Assembly: GCA_964016885.1 (NCBI GenBank)
Contig: OZ024742.1
Coordinates: forward strand, 275,156,001 to 275,220,000
DNA from: Eledone cirrhosa
Taxonomy: Eukaryota
Direction: 5' to 3'
Length of the DNA stretch: 64,000 nt
Shown here: positions 52,403 through 64,000 of the stretch, one piece after another
How the letters are laid out: the number at the start of each line of letters is the position of its first letter
Numbering within the stretch: the first letter of the stretch is position 1
Position numbers and translations under genes: made by a program
The notes under the pieces: model-generated
Told to the model about the DNA's origin: nothing
Seen by the model: the letters and a program-made list of their open reading frames with translations, nothing else
The model's database searches: none

Positions 52403-53915
52403 TGTGGGGCTGTCGTGGGGTAGATTGCCGGAAGTTGGGGGACGCCTGACCTGAAGCGGGGGGACGAGTGACATCACATGAGGGTCAGGAGCTACTGACT
52501 GGCCTTTTCCCTATCAGTTCGCTTCGAGTGAAGAGGTGTGGTGTGAAGCGAGACTGAGAGAGGCTCTGATACCTAAAGTCGGATGTACCGTACGTGGACG
52601 TGAATTGAAGATGCAAGGTAAGTCCAAATGCCTCCGGTTACAAGCTATTTCGGCGTTTAAATACTTTTTCCCATCTTTCTGTATTCTTATTCCCGGCAGC
52701 GTTTTTTCCCCTGTTTCATGGGGTGTTATTGTCTTTTACGATCTCGCAAAGGAGATGGCGGCGAAATTGAGAATGGGTAGAGAGGCGATCAAAGCCTTTA
52801 ACGGTGAAGGAGATGCCATCGCCTGGTTAAGAAAAGTTAGATTGGTTGCGACGCTGCAAGCTATTGAGAATGTGGCTGTCTTAATCATTCTTTATTGCGA
52901 TGGAAATGCATTGGAATTATACCTCGAGATGGAAGAGTTAGACCAACTGAACGCGGAGAAGATAGAACAAGGTCTTAAGGAAGCCTTCACCGAGGGGCTT
53001 TATGCTGCTTTCGCCAAACTAGGTAGAGCGAGATGGATGGGAGAACACATGGACGTATTTGCCGCGGTATTACGGTGGTTGTCTACGCCGGCTCTATTCA
53101 CGGTAGCTACTCCTGGAACCGAGTAGAAGCGCCCTTGCAGCCGCTGCCCGTACTGGAAGTTCTGGTGGGGGAAGCCATCACGAGCCCTCGTGGACACGGA
53201 CTGCACAATAACATTAGTGATCATGGAGGTGGTTAAAAAGTGGTGCGGGATGAGTGGTGTAAGGGCAATCGATGGCAGGGAGATTAGATGCAGAGGTAAC
53301 AGTGAAGTGGAGATGGTGGTACGGGGAATAAAAATAAGGTTGTGGGTGATCGTGATTGACCACGTGGTGAACGGGTAATAATGGGTATGGATACGATTGG
53401 CTGCTTAGGAGACGTTACAATGAGTGAAGTCAGGCTAACGTTTGGTAGCGTGGAAACATCAAGCGCCTTGAGTATGCAACAGGGGAACAGGAAGATCCAC
53501 GAAGAAAAACATTCCACTCACCATACAGGACAAGGATTTCAGGGCTGTGTTCGATGGGAAACGGCGGGTAATTGAGTGGTACTGGAAGGGAGAACCACCA
53601 ACGCTGAAGAATAGAGTGGGCATACCTTGAAAGGAGATGCTAGATGCGTGTTTAAGGGAGAGGTACAGAGATGGATCGAGGAAGGTATATTGATTCCTTG
53701 GAAGGAGGAGGTAAAGTGTGGAGTGTCACCGTTAATGGCAGTGGTGCAACCCACGAAGAACAAGATCAGACCATTGTTGTACTTTCTGAACTAACACGTT
53801 TCATGCCACACGGGAGATGAGGTCACGGATGTCTGCGGGGAAACCTTGCGAGACTGTAGACGAATGATGGGGGCCTCTACGATTGTCGACTGAAAGTCGG
53901 CATATCTACAGCTCT
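52403..53915 (+). mobile_element. Gypsy-type LTR retrotransposon remnant (candidate 5' LTR 52403-52748, gag, protease, start of RT)
   Basis: gag-like FNGEGDAIAWLRKV; protease-like ALVDTDCTITLV; RT-like WIEEGILIP...PLMAVVQPTKNKIRP...IVD*KSAYLQ. Confidence 0.8.
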
Positions 53916-53917
53916 GT

Positions 53918-54162
53918 TTAATCAGCTCTTAAACATCACTGGAATTCTATAAGAATCCAGCTTCTATAAGCCTCGGCAAAAGCGAAGGGATTTGCAATCT
54001 TCATAACCGCTAACGGGCGAGAAACAGCTGTCGGTTGCATGCCTTTTTTTTGCCAAGACTAAGTAAGTGGCCTAGTCACTACTTTAAAACTCATAGCGAA
54101 TGGTCTTCAAAATGTTTTTAAATAAACATACGGTATATTATCAAATATACTATACAACATTC
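53918..54162 (+). mobile_element. Second copy of the 50381 element family with a decayed hammerhead (53993-54039)
   Basis: Shared ATTCTATAAGAATCCAGCTTCTATAA and 3' end; UGCAAUC-(UUCAUAA)-cCGC...GCGa-GAAA-CAGCUG-UC-GGUUGCA. Confidence 0.6.
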
Positions 54163-56139
54163 ATATATATATATATATACTCATCATGTCAATTTTTAGA
54201 GTTATATACAGTTTAAAATGATATCTAGAATATTTTTTATTTATTTATTTTTACAGATTACATATATTTTTATTCTATATTTTAAAAAGAATCAACCTTC
54301 GCACGCCATCGTACATGTGTGTATGTTTGAGTATGCGTTTGTGACTGGTTATTGATGAATAGACCATACATAACTTGCTTGGCACTTCCTGTCTAAACTG
54401 TTTATTGAGAAAATTTAAAACGCTGTATGGCTGCGGGTGCATGTAGATGTATGTATATGTTCCTAAAATATTCTATGTACGTCTGAGAACATGTTCGTTC
54501 GTTATATGTGTATATGCCTATAAGTGTGTGGTGATATGTGTATAGTTGTGTCTGCCTGTATGCATATGTGTATGTACTTTCACTTGTAATTATCTATGTA
54601 TGTGGATGTGAAGTTTTGAAAATGTGTGACTAGGTGAGTCGTAGTAGAAATACACCAATTTTTTCTTTACCACCCAAACCCATTATATTTGCCATATATA
54701 TCTGGTGTGTAAACATTATTTCCTGTTGCATTATCAGCGGCAAGCTACGAAACTCGATGTAGCAAGAGAGTCATCCCAGGAATATAATAAATATATAATT
54801 TTCTTTCTCTCTTTCTTTTTTTCGAATGCATGTTGGCTTAAAGGTAACTGCTTAAAAGCGGGATTTTGAGCATGCAAAATAGTTGAACAAGTTTAGCATG
54901 TTAGCGCCAAGCTATCCTCTTTGTTCCGTTTCAAGTCAGCAGCAAACTGATGACTTTAACTTAGTTAAGGTTAAATAGGTTTACCACTGAAACATACTTC
55001 AGTATATGAATATGAGCAAGAATGAAGAGTTCATTCTACTGACATGGCTATAAAAATGAGGCTTGTTTGAATAATTGCAAACGAATCCAATGATATTATT
55101 TAATATTCGAAAACCTCAAATAAAAGGTTAATATTTTTATAATATAAACCTAAAAATATATGGTGACAATTGAGATATGAGAGAACTGCCTAAACAGGAG
55201 GTAATCGATGTTAGATTATACAGAAAAATGTCATAGGTCAAATCATTCAAATTCGCGATGTATAAATGAATGTACGTATTGTATATTTAAAAATATACTG
55301 TATGTTTATTTTAAAATCATTTTGAAGGGCATTCGCTATGAATGTTAAGGTAGTGTAACGTCACATACCTAGTCTCGGGAAAAGCAGATGTGAGTAACCG
55401 ACGGTGACCGTTTCTCACTTGTAACTGGTTGCAAGACTTCATATCTTTTCACTTTTGCCGAAAGCTATGTCATGAGACATATACACTTGTATACGTGTTT
55501 GTATATATTCATATATGCATGCATATATGTATGTATTCATGTATGTATGTATATATCGTGTTATACATTTACAATTATACATGAGTGTATTAGGGAAAAG
55601 GGAAAATAGGATGCGAGCAGCACAGTTCATTTCGTGGGTGATTTAAGTTTTATTTTTGTGACTTCGGTTACACATATTATCCGATTGATTATCTGGAAGA
55701 AATCTCTTTTGCACATGTATCTGAAAAGGGACCTTTTCCATATTGAAAAATATTCTTCAATAAGTTGCATTCACTATTAAAAAGAAAAAAATGGCTAAAT
55801 CTGAATGCTGAAAAGAAAGCCGAAGTAAGTTACAATTAACAAAACCAAAGACAAAAAGAAATAAAGTGCATACTACCCACAACGTATACTACCTACACAA
55901 TGCTATCACACCCAACAATAATTTCCATCAGCTCTATATGCTATTATCTACACTGCTGACAACAATCAGCCACCAAATTAATTTCAGTCACTACACTAAA
56001 GAACAGCTACAACTTAAAATAGAAACACTTAACCCGCACCACCAACATAGAAATATTATAAATAAAAAAATAAATTCAAGCGGAGATACTACTTTAAAAC
56101 AAACAGTTGCCAACACCACCATAACCCTAAATAGTTAAC

Positions 56140-58090
56140 AGGGACACATGATATGGTTGCAAAGAGATTTAATGAAATACTGATAGAACCAGAAAAAACT
56201 CCTGACTGTCTCACTAAGCGTAAAACGACCCTGATTTCCAAAAGTAATGACAGACCAAAAATTACAGACCCATAACATGCTTGCCTATTACATACAAAAC
56301 CTTTACTTCAATACTATAACAGAAAATACCAAACACCTGGAAATAAACAACCTGCTCCCTGGAGAACAGAAAGGATGCCGCAGAGGCTAATTTGGATGCA
56401 AACACCTGTTATTAATAAATAAAGCCATAATTGAAAACTTTAAAAATAAAAAAAAAGTAACTCACCTGGCTTACATTGACCAAAAAGCGTTCGAAATTGT
56501 TTCCCATACATGGATCCGCAACACAATGGCCATTAATAAAATATCACCCAGAATATCATTTATTAAACATACTGATACAAACAAAGGATGAAACAAAACA
56601 ATAAAAACGGAGCGTATCCCAATCAATAAAGGCATATTTCAAAGAGACTCCCTATCAATACTGATTTTCTGTCTAGCATTAACACCACTATCAGAAACAC
56701 TAAACAGAACTGGGATAGGGTATGAATGCTACAATGGGAAAAGTAACCATCTCCTATACATGCATAAGTTATAGCTGTATGCTACAAATGAAAATCAACT
56801 CTAAACAATGCTACAAACTACACAGATTCACAAAAGATATAAGCATGATATTTGGACTAGAAAAATGTGCTAAGCCAATTCTGAAGAGATGCAAACTAGT
56901 GAAAAGCAATAATACCATGTTAGATAAAGAAACAGAAATAAGAGAAGTAGATCAAACTCAGACTTACACATACTTAGGAATCAACGAACTAGATAAGATT
57001 CAACACACACAGATTAAAGAAAAGATTAGAAAAGAATACTAGAGGAAGAAAGTCTATACACAAAACAGGTCAAAATGCCCCCCCCCCCCCAAAAAAAAAG
57101 AAATAATAATGTGATTGGTATCAACACATTAGCTATGCCAGTAATAAGCTACAAAGCTACAAGTTTAATATTCTGAACAGGCCACTAGAATAACTAACTG
57201 GAATAGGTAGAAAGTAAAGGAAAGTAATAACCCGATTTAGAATACACCATCCAAAAGAAACACACAAAGATTATACCTACCAAGAACACAAGGAGGAAGA
57301 GGCGTTATGTATCTAGAAAACTCTTATAAGATAACTACTTTAGGACGAGAAACATACCTGATAAAAAACAAAGGAAAGCTGATACAAATAGCAACAAAAC
57401 ATGAACAAAACAAAAAATAATGTTCTCGGTCTTCAAAGAAGCTAAAACATTTAAATCAGAAACTGGACGAAGAGATGATTGTGAGGAAAATGAAATCAAA
57501 GTAAAAACGATAACAGAAATTGTGAAAGACATAACATTTAAAGTGACAACTGACCTACAGAATGCCATGTTAGGACTATGGCATCAGTAATCCTTACATG
57601 GCCAATACCACAAAACGATAAATAGAAAGGAGAAAGACAGACAAAACACACAAAACTGGCTCCGAAGCACTAGATTAAACACTGAGACAGAATGAATTAT
57701 AATTGCAGCACAAGACAAAGACTATCCATCGAAAACAAGCAGAAGTATATAGGGATGAATCCCCACAGACAATATATCTTCCAAGGAAATAGGGAAATTC
57801 CACAAATATAAAGATCTAGAGACAGAAATATCTCGAATGTGGAAAATGAAAACAGAAACAATTCTTATAATAATAGGTGCTTTATGAATAATAAAAAAAA
57901 TACACGAATAATTTCATAGCCAAAACCCCAGGACTTACAAATATATACATCTTACAAAATATACCAATAATAGTCACTGCACACATTACGAAAAGTACTA
58001 TCAATAAAATAGAAACAATATCAGCAAAGTTTACACTGTTCATAAGGCGCACAGAGCCGTGCTCGGTAAAGCATTGATGATGCGCAATAA
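56140..58090 (+). mobile_element. Old decayed R4/Dong-like element
   Basis: Fragments NYRPITCL, EQKGC, GIFQRDSLS, FGLEKCAK, YTYLG, GGRG, KYKDLE; short AAT-type tail abutting a Tx1 tail. Confidence 0.82.
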
Positions 58091-58100
58091 AAATAATAAT

Positions 58101-61100
58101 GGTTTCTTTATTGGCCACAACGGCTAACATGAGGAAACCATTACAGACGGCACAGAACTGTACAGGACGATACAAAGTGGGTTTTGTTCGTGTAAACAAG
58201 ATAGAATTCGGGATAGAAATCAAAAAAATTCATAGAACAATAATTCACAAAAAGACCACGGCCACCCTGACCACCAGGGGAAGCGCCCTCTTTCAGTTTT
58301 CCACTCCTCAGTCTACAGGCGCATACTCAAAGCGAGTCCGTTCACTCGGACCATTCTCGCTACATCCACCCACCTTTCAACAAGCTTACTAGAAGACAGC
58401 ACTTGCCTCTCCACCCTGATTTTCCTCTTCAAGTGAAACTTGAAAAAGTTAATTAGGGATTGGCCGGAGAGGAAAGTGTCCGTCTTCAACCCTTTCAACC
58501 TTGTCCACCACACAATCTTATTCGCCATGGCCACCAGGCAGATGAAAACTTTCTGCACTTCCTCCTCTTTGAAGGAGGATGGCGGGGCTATCTGCACAAT
58601 GGATTCAGCCGATAACCGGATCCGTCCTACACGCGACAGCAGCTGTTCGACATAGCTCCACAAGTCAGCAATCCTCGGGCACTGAACGAGTGCGTGCAGG
58701 ACGGTTTCGTCGCCCTGCGCCCATCTCGGACAGGCTCGGCTGGCAGCACCTCCGTGCCTGTAGAGCTTATCTCGAACCGGCAACACTCCCCGGTAGCACT
58801 GCCAAGCCAGGGATTTCTGGAAGTTGTCCATAAGCCCCGGTATGAAATTTCTCTTGAAGAGAGCGAACCGCTGATCGTCTTCGACGCCCAGGGTCTTCCC
58901 GAGAACGTCGTCGCTCTTTCCCTCCAAGAGCCCTCTAAGAACGCTGAGTTAGATGTTCCACCGATTCTATTGCCCAGCTGGTAGAGGGCGGTGGGCGCTT
59001 GGAGACATTCAAGCTTCCAATCGCTATCCCTCGGTCTTTTCCTCATCCAGGACTGCAGCTCCGTGAAGGAGACGAGCTGGGAAAAGCGCGTCTGGCAAAC
59101 GGCGACCACACCTGTTCACCGCAAAGGAAGCACCAGAGATGTCGTCGCCTCAAGCGCATATTTGCGCATCGTCTGCCACGGTATGCCTAGTCCTCCCTAC
59201 AACGGGTGTTGACAGAAAATGGATCGTCTGACCATGGGAGCACGTCCCTTCCACAAGAAGCAGAAGAGAAGGCTCTCCATTTTGGTCAGAGTTGGGCCAG
59301 GGCAAGGTACGACGGTCAGGCGAAAGCAGTTGACGGAGGCGATGTACCTATTTGCCACATCCGCCCGACCTTTCAGATCAGCCTCCTCTCAGCCCATTTC
59401 TGGGAGAGAGAGGCCACCCTGTTCGTCACCTCGCTCCAGTTTTTTTCCATCTGGAACTCTGACCGGACCAAACACCGAGCAATTTAAACGGTCCTTCCGT
59501 CCAACGACCCACGATGTTGTCGGACGGCATGGACTTGCCTCTCCATGTGCCGAGTTGCAAGCCCACTGAGATACTCCTGTCACCGCTTCGTATTCCTTGA
59601 GAGCGTCAGAGAATATTGACGTGTTTGGTGCTCGACACCACCACGGTGACGTCGTCGGAGTACGTTGCCACAGTTCTCCTGCAACCCAGTTTGCGTGACA
59701 CCCACGTCATCGTCTCAAATTTGTCAGTAACGGCTCGGGGATCAGTACGTACCAGAAAGACGAAGGGGGGGGGGGGGGGGCAACCCTGGCCGACCGAGCG
59801 CACGATGCTGAAAGGCTGCGACAGGTGACCATTCACCCTCACAATAGAGCAGATGTCACTGTCACTGTGCATCGCAGTGATCCTACCCCTAAAAACGGGC
59901 CCGAAGCCGACCGCCTTAATGCCCGCAGCCAGGTACCGAAGGTCGAACCTATCAAATGCCTTAGATTGATCCAAGTTGATCAGGGCCCCACCCGTGGCAG
60001 ATTCCTTAACCACCCACTCTATCAAGTATCATGAGATGGAGGTTGTCGTGCATCGATCTCTCCGGAATGGCGAATGTCTGCGCCTCTCCCACCAGATCAC
60101 CGACGACAAACGCCAATCTCTTTGCTAACACATTGGCCAAAATCTTAAACTCTGCGTTTAGAAGAGATATGGGCCTGAAGTTGTTTCTAACGTCCTCTTT
60201 GTTCGGGTCTTTTCTCAGCAGTGCCACCGCTCTACGGCTCACAAAGTTGGGCATGCTCCCGTTCTGCTGATAGTTGCAGTAGACATCTGCCAAGAAGTCA
60301 CCAAACAAGTCTGGCATATACGCATAAAGCCCGCAGAGCGATTTACCCCTCGTGCAGTCAGACATCGCTTCCCGTATTTCCCCTGCTGTTATCGGTTTTT
60401 CGCAATACTGCACTGCGGTCGTCGAGAGCTGCGGCAGTCACTCGAGGTATGCACTGATGTTCATACTCTGATCTGGCCTGCCGCTGCTCCCAAACAGTCT
60501 CACACATCTGCTCGGGTTCGAGTAACATGTGCCTGTTTTGGTCAGGCAAGGATTGAATTGTGGCTTTGTTGCCACGTCGCACCTCCACCACCTGGACCCA
60601 TTGAACAGCTTTTGTCCCCTTGTGTCTCTGAGCACGCGCTCTAGCTCTGACAACGCAGCTTTCGTGCTTTGAATTGATGAATTGGTCGAGTGCCAATCCT
60701 GCCGCAATCACGTCGGTTGCGATGCCTGTCCTAAACGCCTCTTCTAGCTTTCTAACTAGCTCTCCTTCTACTCTATTTTCCTCTATCGTTACCTCTTTGC
60801 TAAATCTTATTGATTCTTCTCTAATTGCCCTTTTCAGGATAAACCATCACCTGTTCTTGACGATCACACCGTCAACGCACGCTTAACTAATTCGCTTATC
60901 CGGCCTCTGTAAGCTTTGTGCGCTGGGAAAGACGCGTTCGGCTTACAGTAACCAGGTCCTTGCCTCTGAAATCTATCTATGTCGACTTCACAGACCACAA
61001 ATTTGTGGTGCGAGTAGCTGACTACTTTAAATTGTAGACAACCTACGATAGCCTTATTTGTTTCCCTACAAAATACCCTATCTAGATACGATCTGGATGA

Positions 61101-63688
61101 CCCGTTGCGATTTTCCCATGCCCGCATTGGCACATTCGGATAATCCAGTCGATACCTGTCAGAGTTGAAAACGTCTGAGCAGGTTGGTGAGGCTTTTACA
61201 TCCTCCTCCCTTATTTACTAGCCCCACATAATCCCAGCGTACATCTAAGATACCGTTCCAGTCACCCACTAATACTAAAGAGCGGGACGTTCCAAGAATG
61301 GTCTCTAGACGTCTGCAGAAATCTGGCCGTCCTGCCCCTGTTGGGGCGTAGACGGCTACTAGTCTGAAGGCATTGCCTTCGCTGCCTGTCACGTCCAGTA
61401 CCACCAACTTACCTTCTGGGTCCAAGAAGGTGGCCCGTATGGTGAGATCCAAGCCTCTCCGAAAAAGCACAGCAACTCCGCCCCTCGCTCCCGGACGGCT
61501 GGGAGATGCGTATACATTGTAGCCGGCGAGAATCGGTGCGATCTCGTGCTTCGGAAATTCTGTTCTCGCTGATGGCCACCACATATATGTTCAGTGACCT
61601 GAGATCGTTAAGCATGTGGCCCTGCTTCCAAGATGACCCTAGGCCACGTTCATTTATACTGCCTATTCTAAGTACGGCCATGTTGGATGATAAACGGGGT
61701 AAGTGAGAAAGAATCACTTACCTTGATCGTGTGGGAAAGAGACCGTTGAACCGTCCCTTTGGCTGGTCATGGGTGTCTCCAAGATAATGTCGGTGTATAT
61801 CCTTTTGGTAACTGACCCTCTGAAGTCTCCAACTGCGTCAGAGAATTTTCCTTTTAAATGTTTATGTTCTATTTTAACTTCAATAATGTTTATATTTTTC
61901 GGGAGAGTTACTTGGGGAGTTGTGGGGTGTAGTAATTTTTGTCCGTAATGTCTGCGTGCTGCTTTATATGTTCTAAGAGTTCTTTATTTGCCATGTTTAT
62001 GGCTGTGTAGAGTTGTTGTTTTTTTATGAGGGGGGGGGGGCTGCTTTCTTGTTGTTGCTGTTGGTATGTTTCTCTTGTTGATGTTTGTGGTGATGCTGGT
62101 GGTCATGGTGTGGTGGTTGTTGGTGGTGATGGTGTTGGGGTTGTTGCGAATCGCCTTGCAGCATTTACACCTCTTTGTTTGCCTTAGTCTTTGAAGGGTG
62201 AAGCTAAGGGTTTTTTCTGTTTTGTTTTTCATGGCAGACCGTTTACCATTTTACATCCCGCCTCACAGTCCCTGTCCGATTCCGTGGTATCTAGGAGGGA
62301 ATATGTGCTCCACAGTTTTTGGTGGAGGTAGAGGAGCCCTCTCCGCCGATTTTGTTGCTGGTGCAGCTACTGCAAATGTAGCTACTGGTGTTGCCGCCAC
62401 TGCTGCTGCTGCTTTAGTTGTCCGTGGCCTTGGTACGGGTGCCATGCACGTTGCCCTCCTACTCAGCATGGAAGGGTCTTCTGCGTTTGTTGCCTGCCCT
62501 GCTCTTGGTAGCCACGGACCAGGCATTGGAAGGAGGAGTGGGGACCTTCTTCTTCACTGTCTTCTGCGGGCAAAAGGCCCTTAGGTGACCCTTTGACCCA
62601 CGGAGATAACATTTTGGCCGTCTTCCTTCCACGCTTATAGGGAGTTGGACTCCTTCCTCGAGGTCTATGATATCGGGGATAGCCTCGATACACTCCTGGT
62701 CAGTTTGTATAAGCATTTGCATGCCTATACCTGACCATTTCTCTCTCCCTATTTTCTCTACTTGCAGCATGGTCGTCCTGTCCACGACTCCAGCAAGGAC
62801 AGATGCGGCCAGCCAAGGTATGGGCACGTCGAGTGGGACCTGGGTCACTTTGACCATCACAATTTTCTGCCCGCAGTAGGAGGGCACCAAGACTATCTCC
62901 TCATTCTTTAGGGTTTCCAAAGAGTGAGACTTCGCCTCTTGGGGGTAGTGAAATGTACGTCCACTGTGGCATACCTTCTGCCTCGGGTGATGCGGGTTTC
63001 TGCGCCCGGACGCATCCCAAGGCCTTTGGTTTGTGAGCCTCCGTGGCTCCCTCCACCCGGTATGACATTTTGCTTACGGTGCGGTAAGTCACCGTCCGTA
63101 GCTGCTGGTCCTTGAAAAAATCGGGTGGAGGTTTCAGGGAAACTCTATTGGCATTGTTTGTCACTATGGCCTTTGCGACTGCCATCTCCTCCTCCGTGAC
63201 TAACACTGTTTCGATATTTCGGGCCACACCTGCAAAAGAGGTGGCCCCTTTTTCAGCGGCACCACTATTGTCCGCTACTGCTGCTACTAGTATTGCTGGC
63301 GGTCCTGAGATCGCTGTTACTGGTATTGATGTCATTGTTGTTGTTTTCGTTGATACTGTTGCTGCTGTTACTGTTATTGTGGCTGTTGTTATTATTGTTG
63401 TTTTTGTTGATACTGTTTCTACTATTATTGTTGTTGTGGCTGTTGATATTGTCATTGTTATTGTCTTTCTCGCTGTTATTTTTGTTGTTGCTGTTATTAT
63501 TGATGGTGATGTTGTTGGTGTTATTGTTGGTGTTGTTGGTGTTATTGTTGGTGTTGTTTGTGTTAGTATTATTTGGTAATTTAAAATTTGAAACAATATC
63601 ATTAAAACTGATATTGGTTCCTCTTCGTAATATTTTCTTTCATACTTACCTTCGCTTGTACGCTGTCTTGTTGACATGTTGACAAAGT

Positions 63689-63690
<2 letters not shown>
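58101..63690 (-). mobile_element. Tx1 subfamily D, near full length, decayed (ORF1 ~63677-61714; ORF2 61681-58313)
   Basis: MAVLRIGSINERGLGSSWKQ, GDWN, QSKAFD, YSDD, VEGRRPKCYL; 3' UTR matches 49631-49890. Confidence 0.93.
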
Positions 63691-63723
<33 letters not shown>

Positions 63724-63849
63724 TTGTCTGACAGCGCTCTCTCTCTCTTTCTTGTGTTATCTATGATGAAAGAAATTTTTTTTCATATAATTTTTTTATT
63801 TTTTTATTTTTACATAATACGACACCCCATAAAGGGCTCCCGTACAGAG

Positions 63850-64000
63850 GGGAAGAGAGAAGGGCTCTCCAATCGGGAGAGACGAAATGGTTCCGAGAGG
63901 TGGCCATTAACGCTGACCACCGAGCGTGTGCCTCTATGCATTGCAGCGCTCCAGCTTCTGAAGACAGGGCCGAGGCCAGCTGCTTTGAGGACAAACTCCA
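63850..64000 (-). mobile_element. Tx1 subfamily B RT fragment running off the window end
   Basis: Minus strand EFVLKAAGLGPVFRSW...VNGHLSEPFR, near-identical to 37147-37275. Confidence 0.85.

Noticed and set aside
54720-54985. Two hammerhead-like fragments (GAAACTCGATGTA at ~54749; CTGATGA plus hairpin at ~54947)
   Set aside because: Each lacks the other half of the catalytic core.

Overview
Gene-free, microsatellite-rich eukaryotic DNA made almost entirely of transposable elements; no host gene, rRNA/tRNA gene or CRISPR array is visible. The SINE and microsatellite style suggests an octopus/cephalopod genome (from memory, unverified). Main contents: (1) about 12 full, truncated or chimeric Tx1-clade LINEs (zinc-knuckle ORF1; APE-RT ORF2) from at least four subfamilies (my labels A-D), mostly stacked in (ATT)n tracts; (2) four R4/Dong-like RLE-type LINEs using the same microsatellite in the opposite orientation; (3) a complete but frameshifted hAT Buster/Charlie transposon with TIRs and 8-bp TSD, a non-autonomous Helitron, a MITE, a Gypsy LTR remnant and tRNA-type SINEs. 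Unexplained by the ORF track: many short, mutually unrelated non-coding elements, mostly beside (TA)n, each carrying a minimal type-I hammerhead ribozyme fold with a palindromic helix III (Penelope pLTR/retrozyme-like). Also, a strong 5' splice-donor motif recurs at the ORF1 stop of divergent Tx1 subfamilies. All alignments and folds were done by eye.
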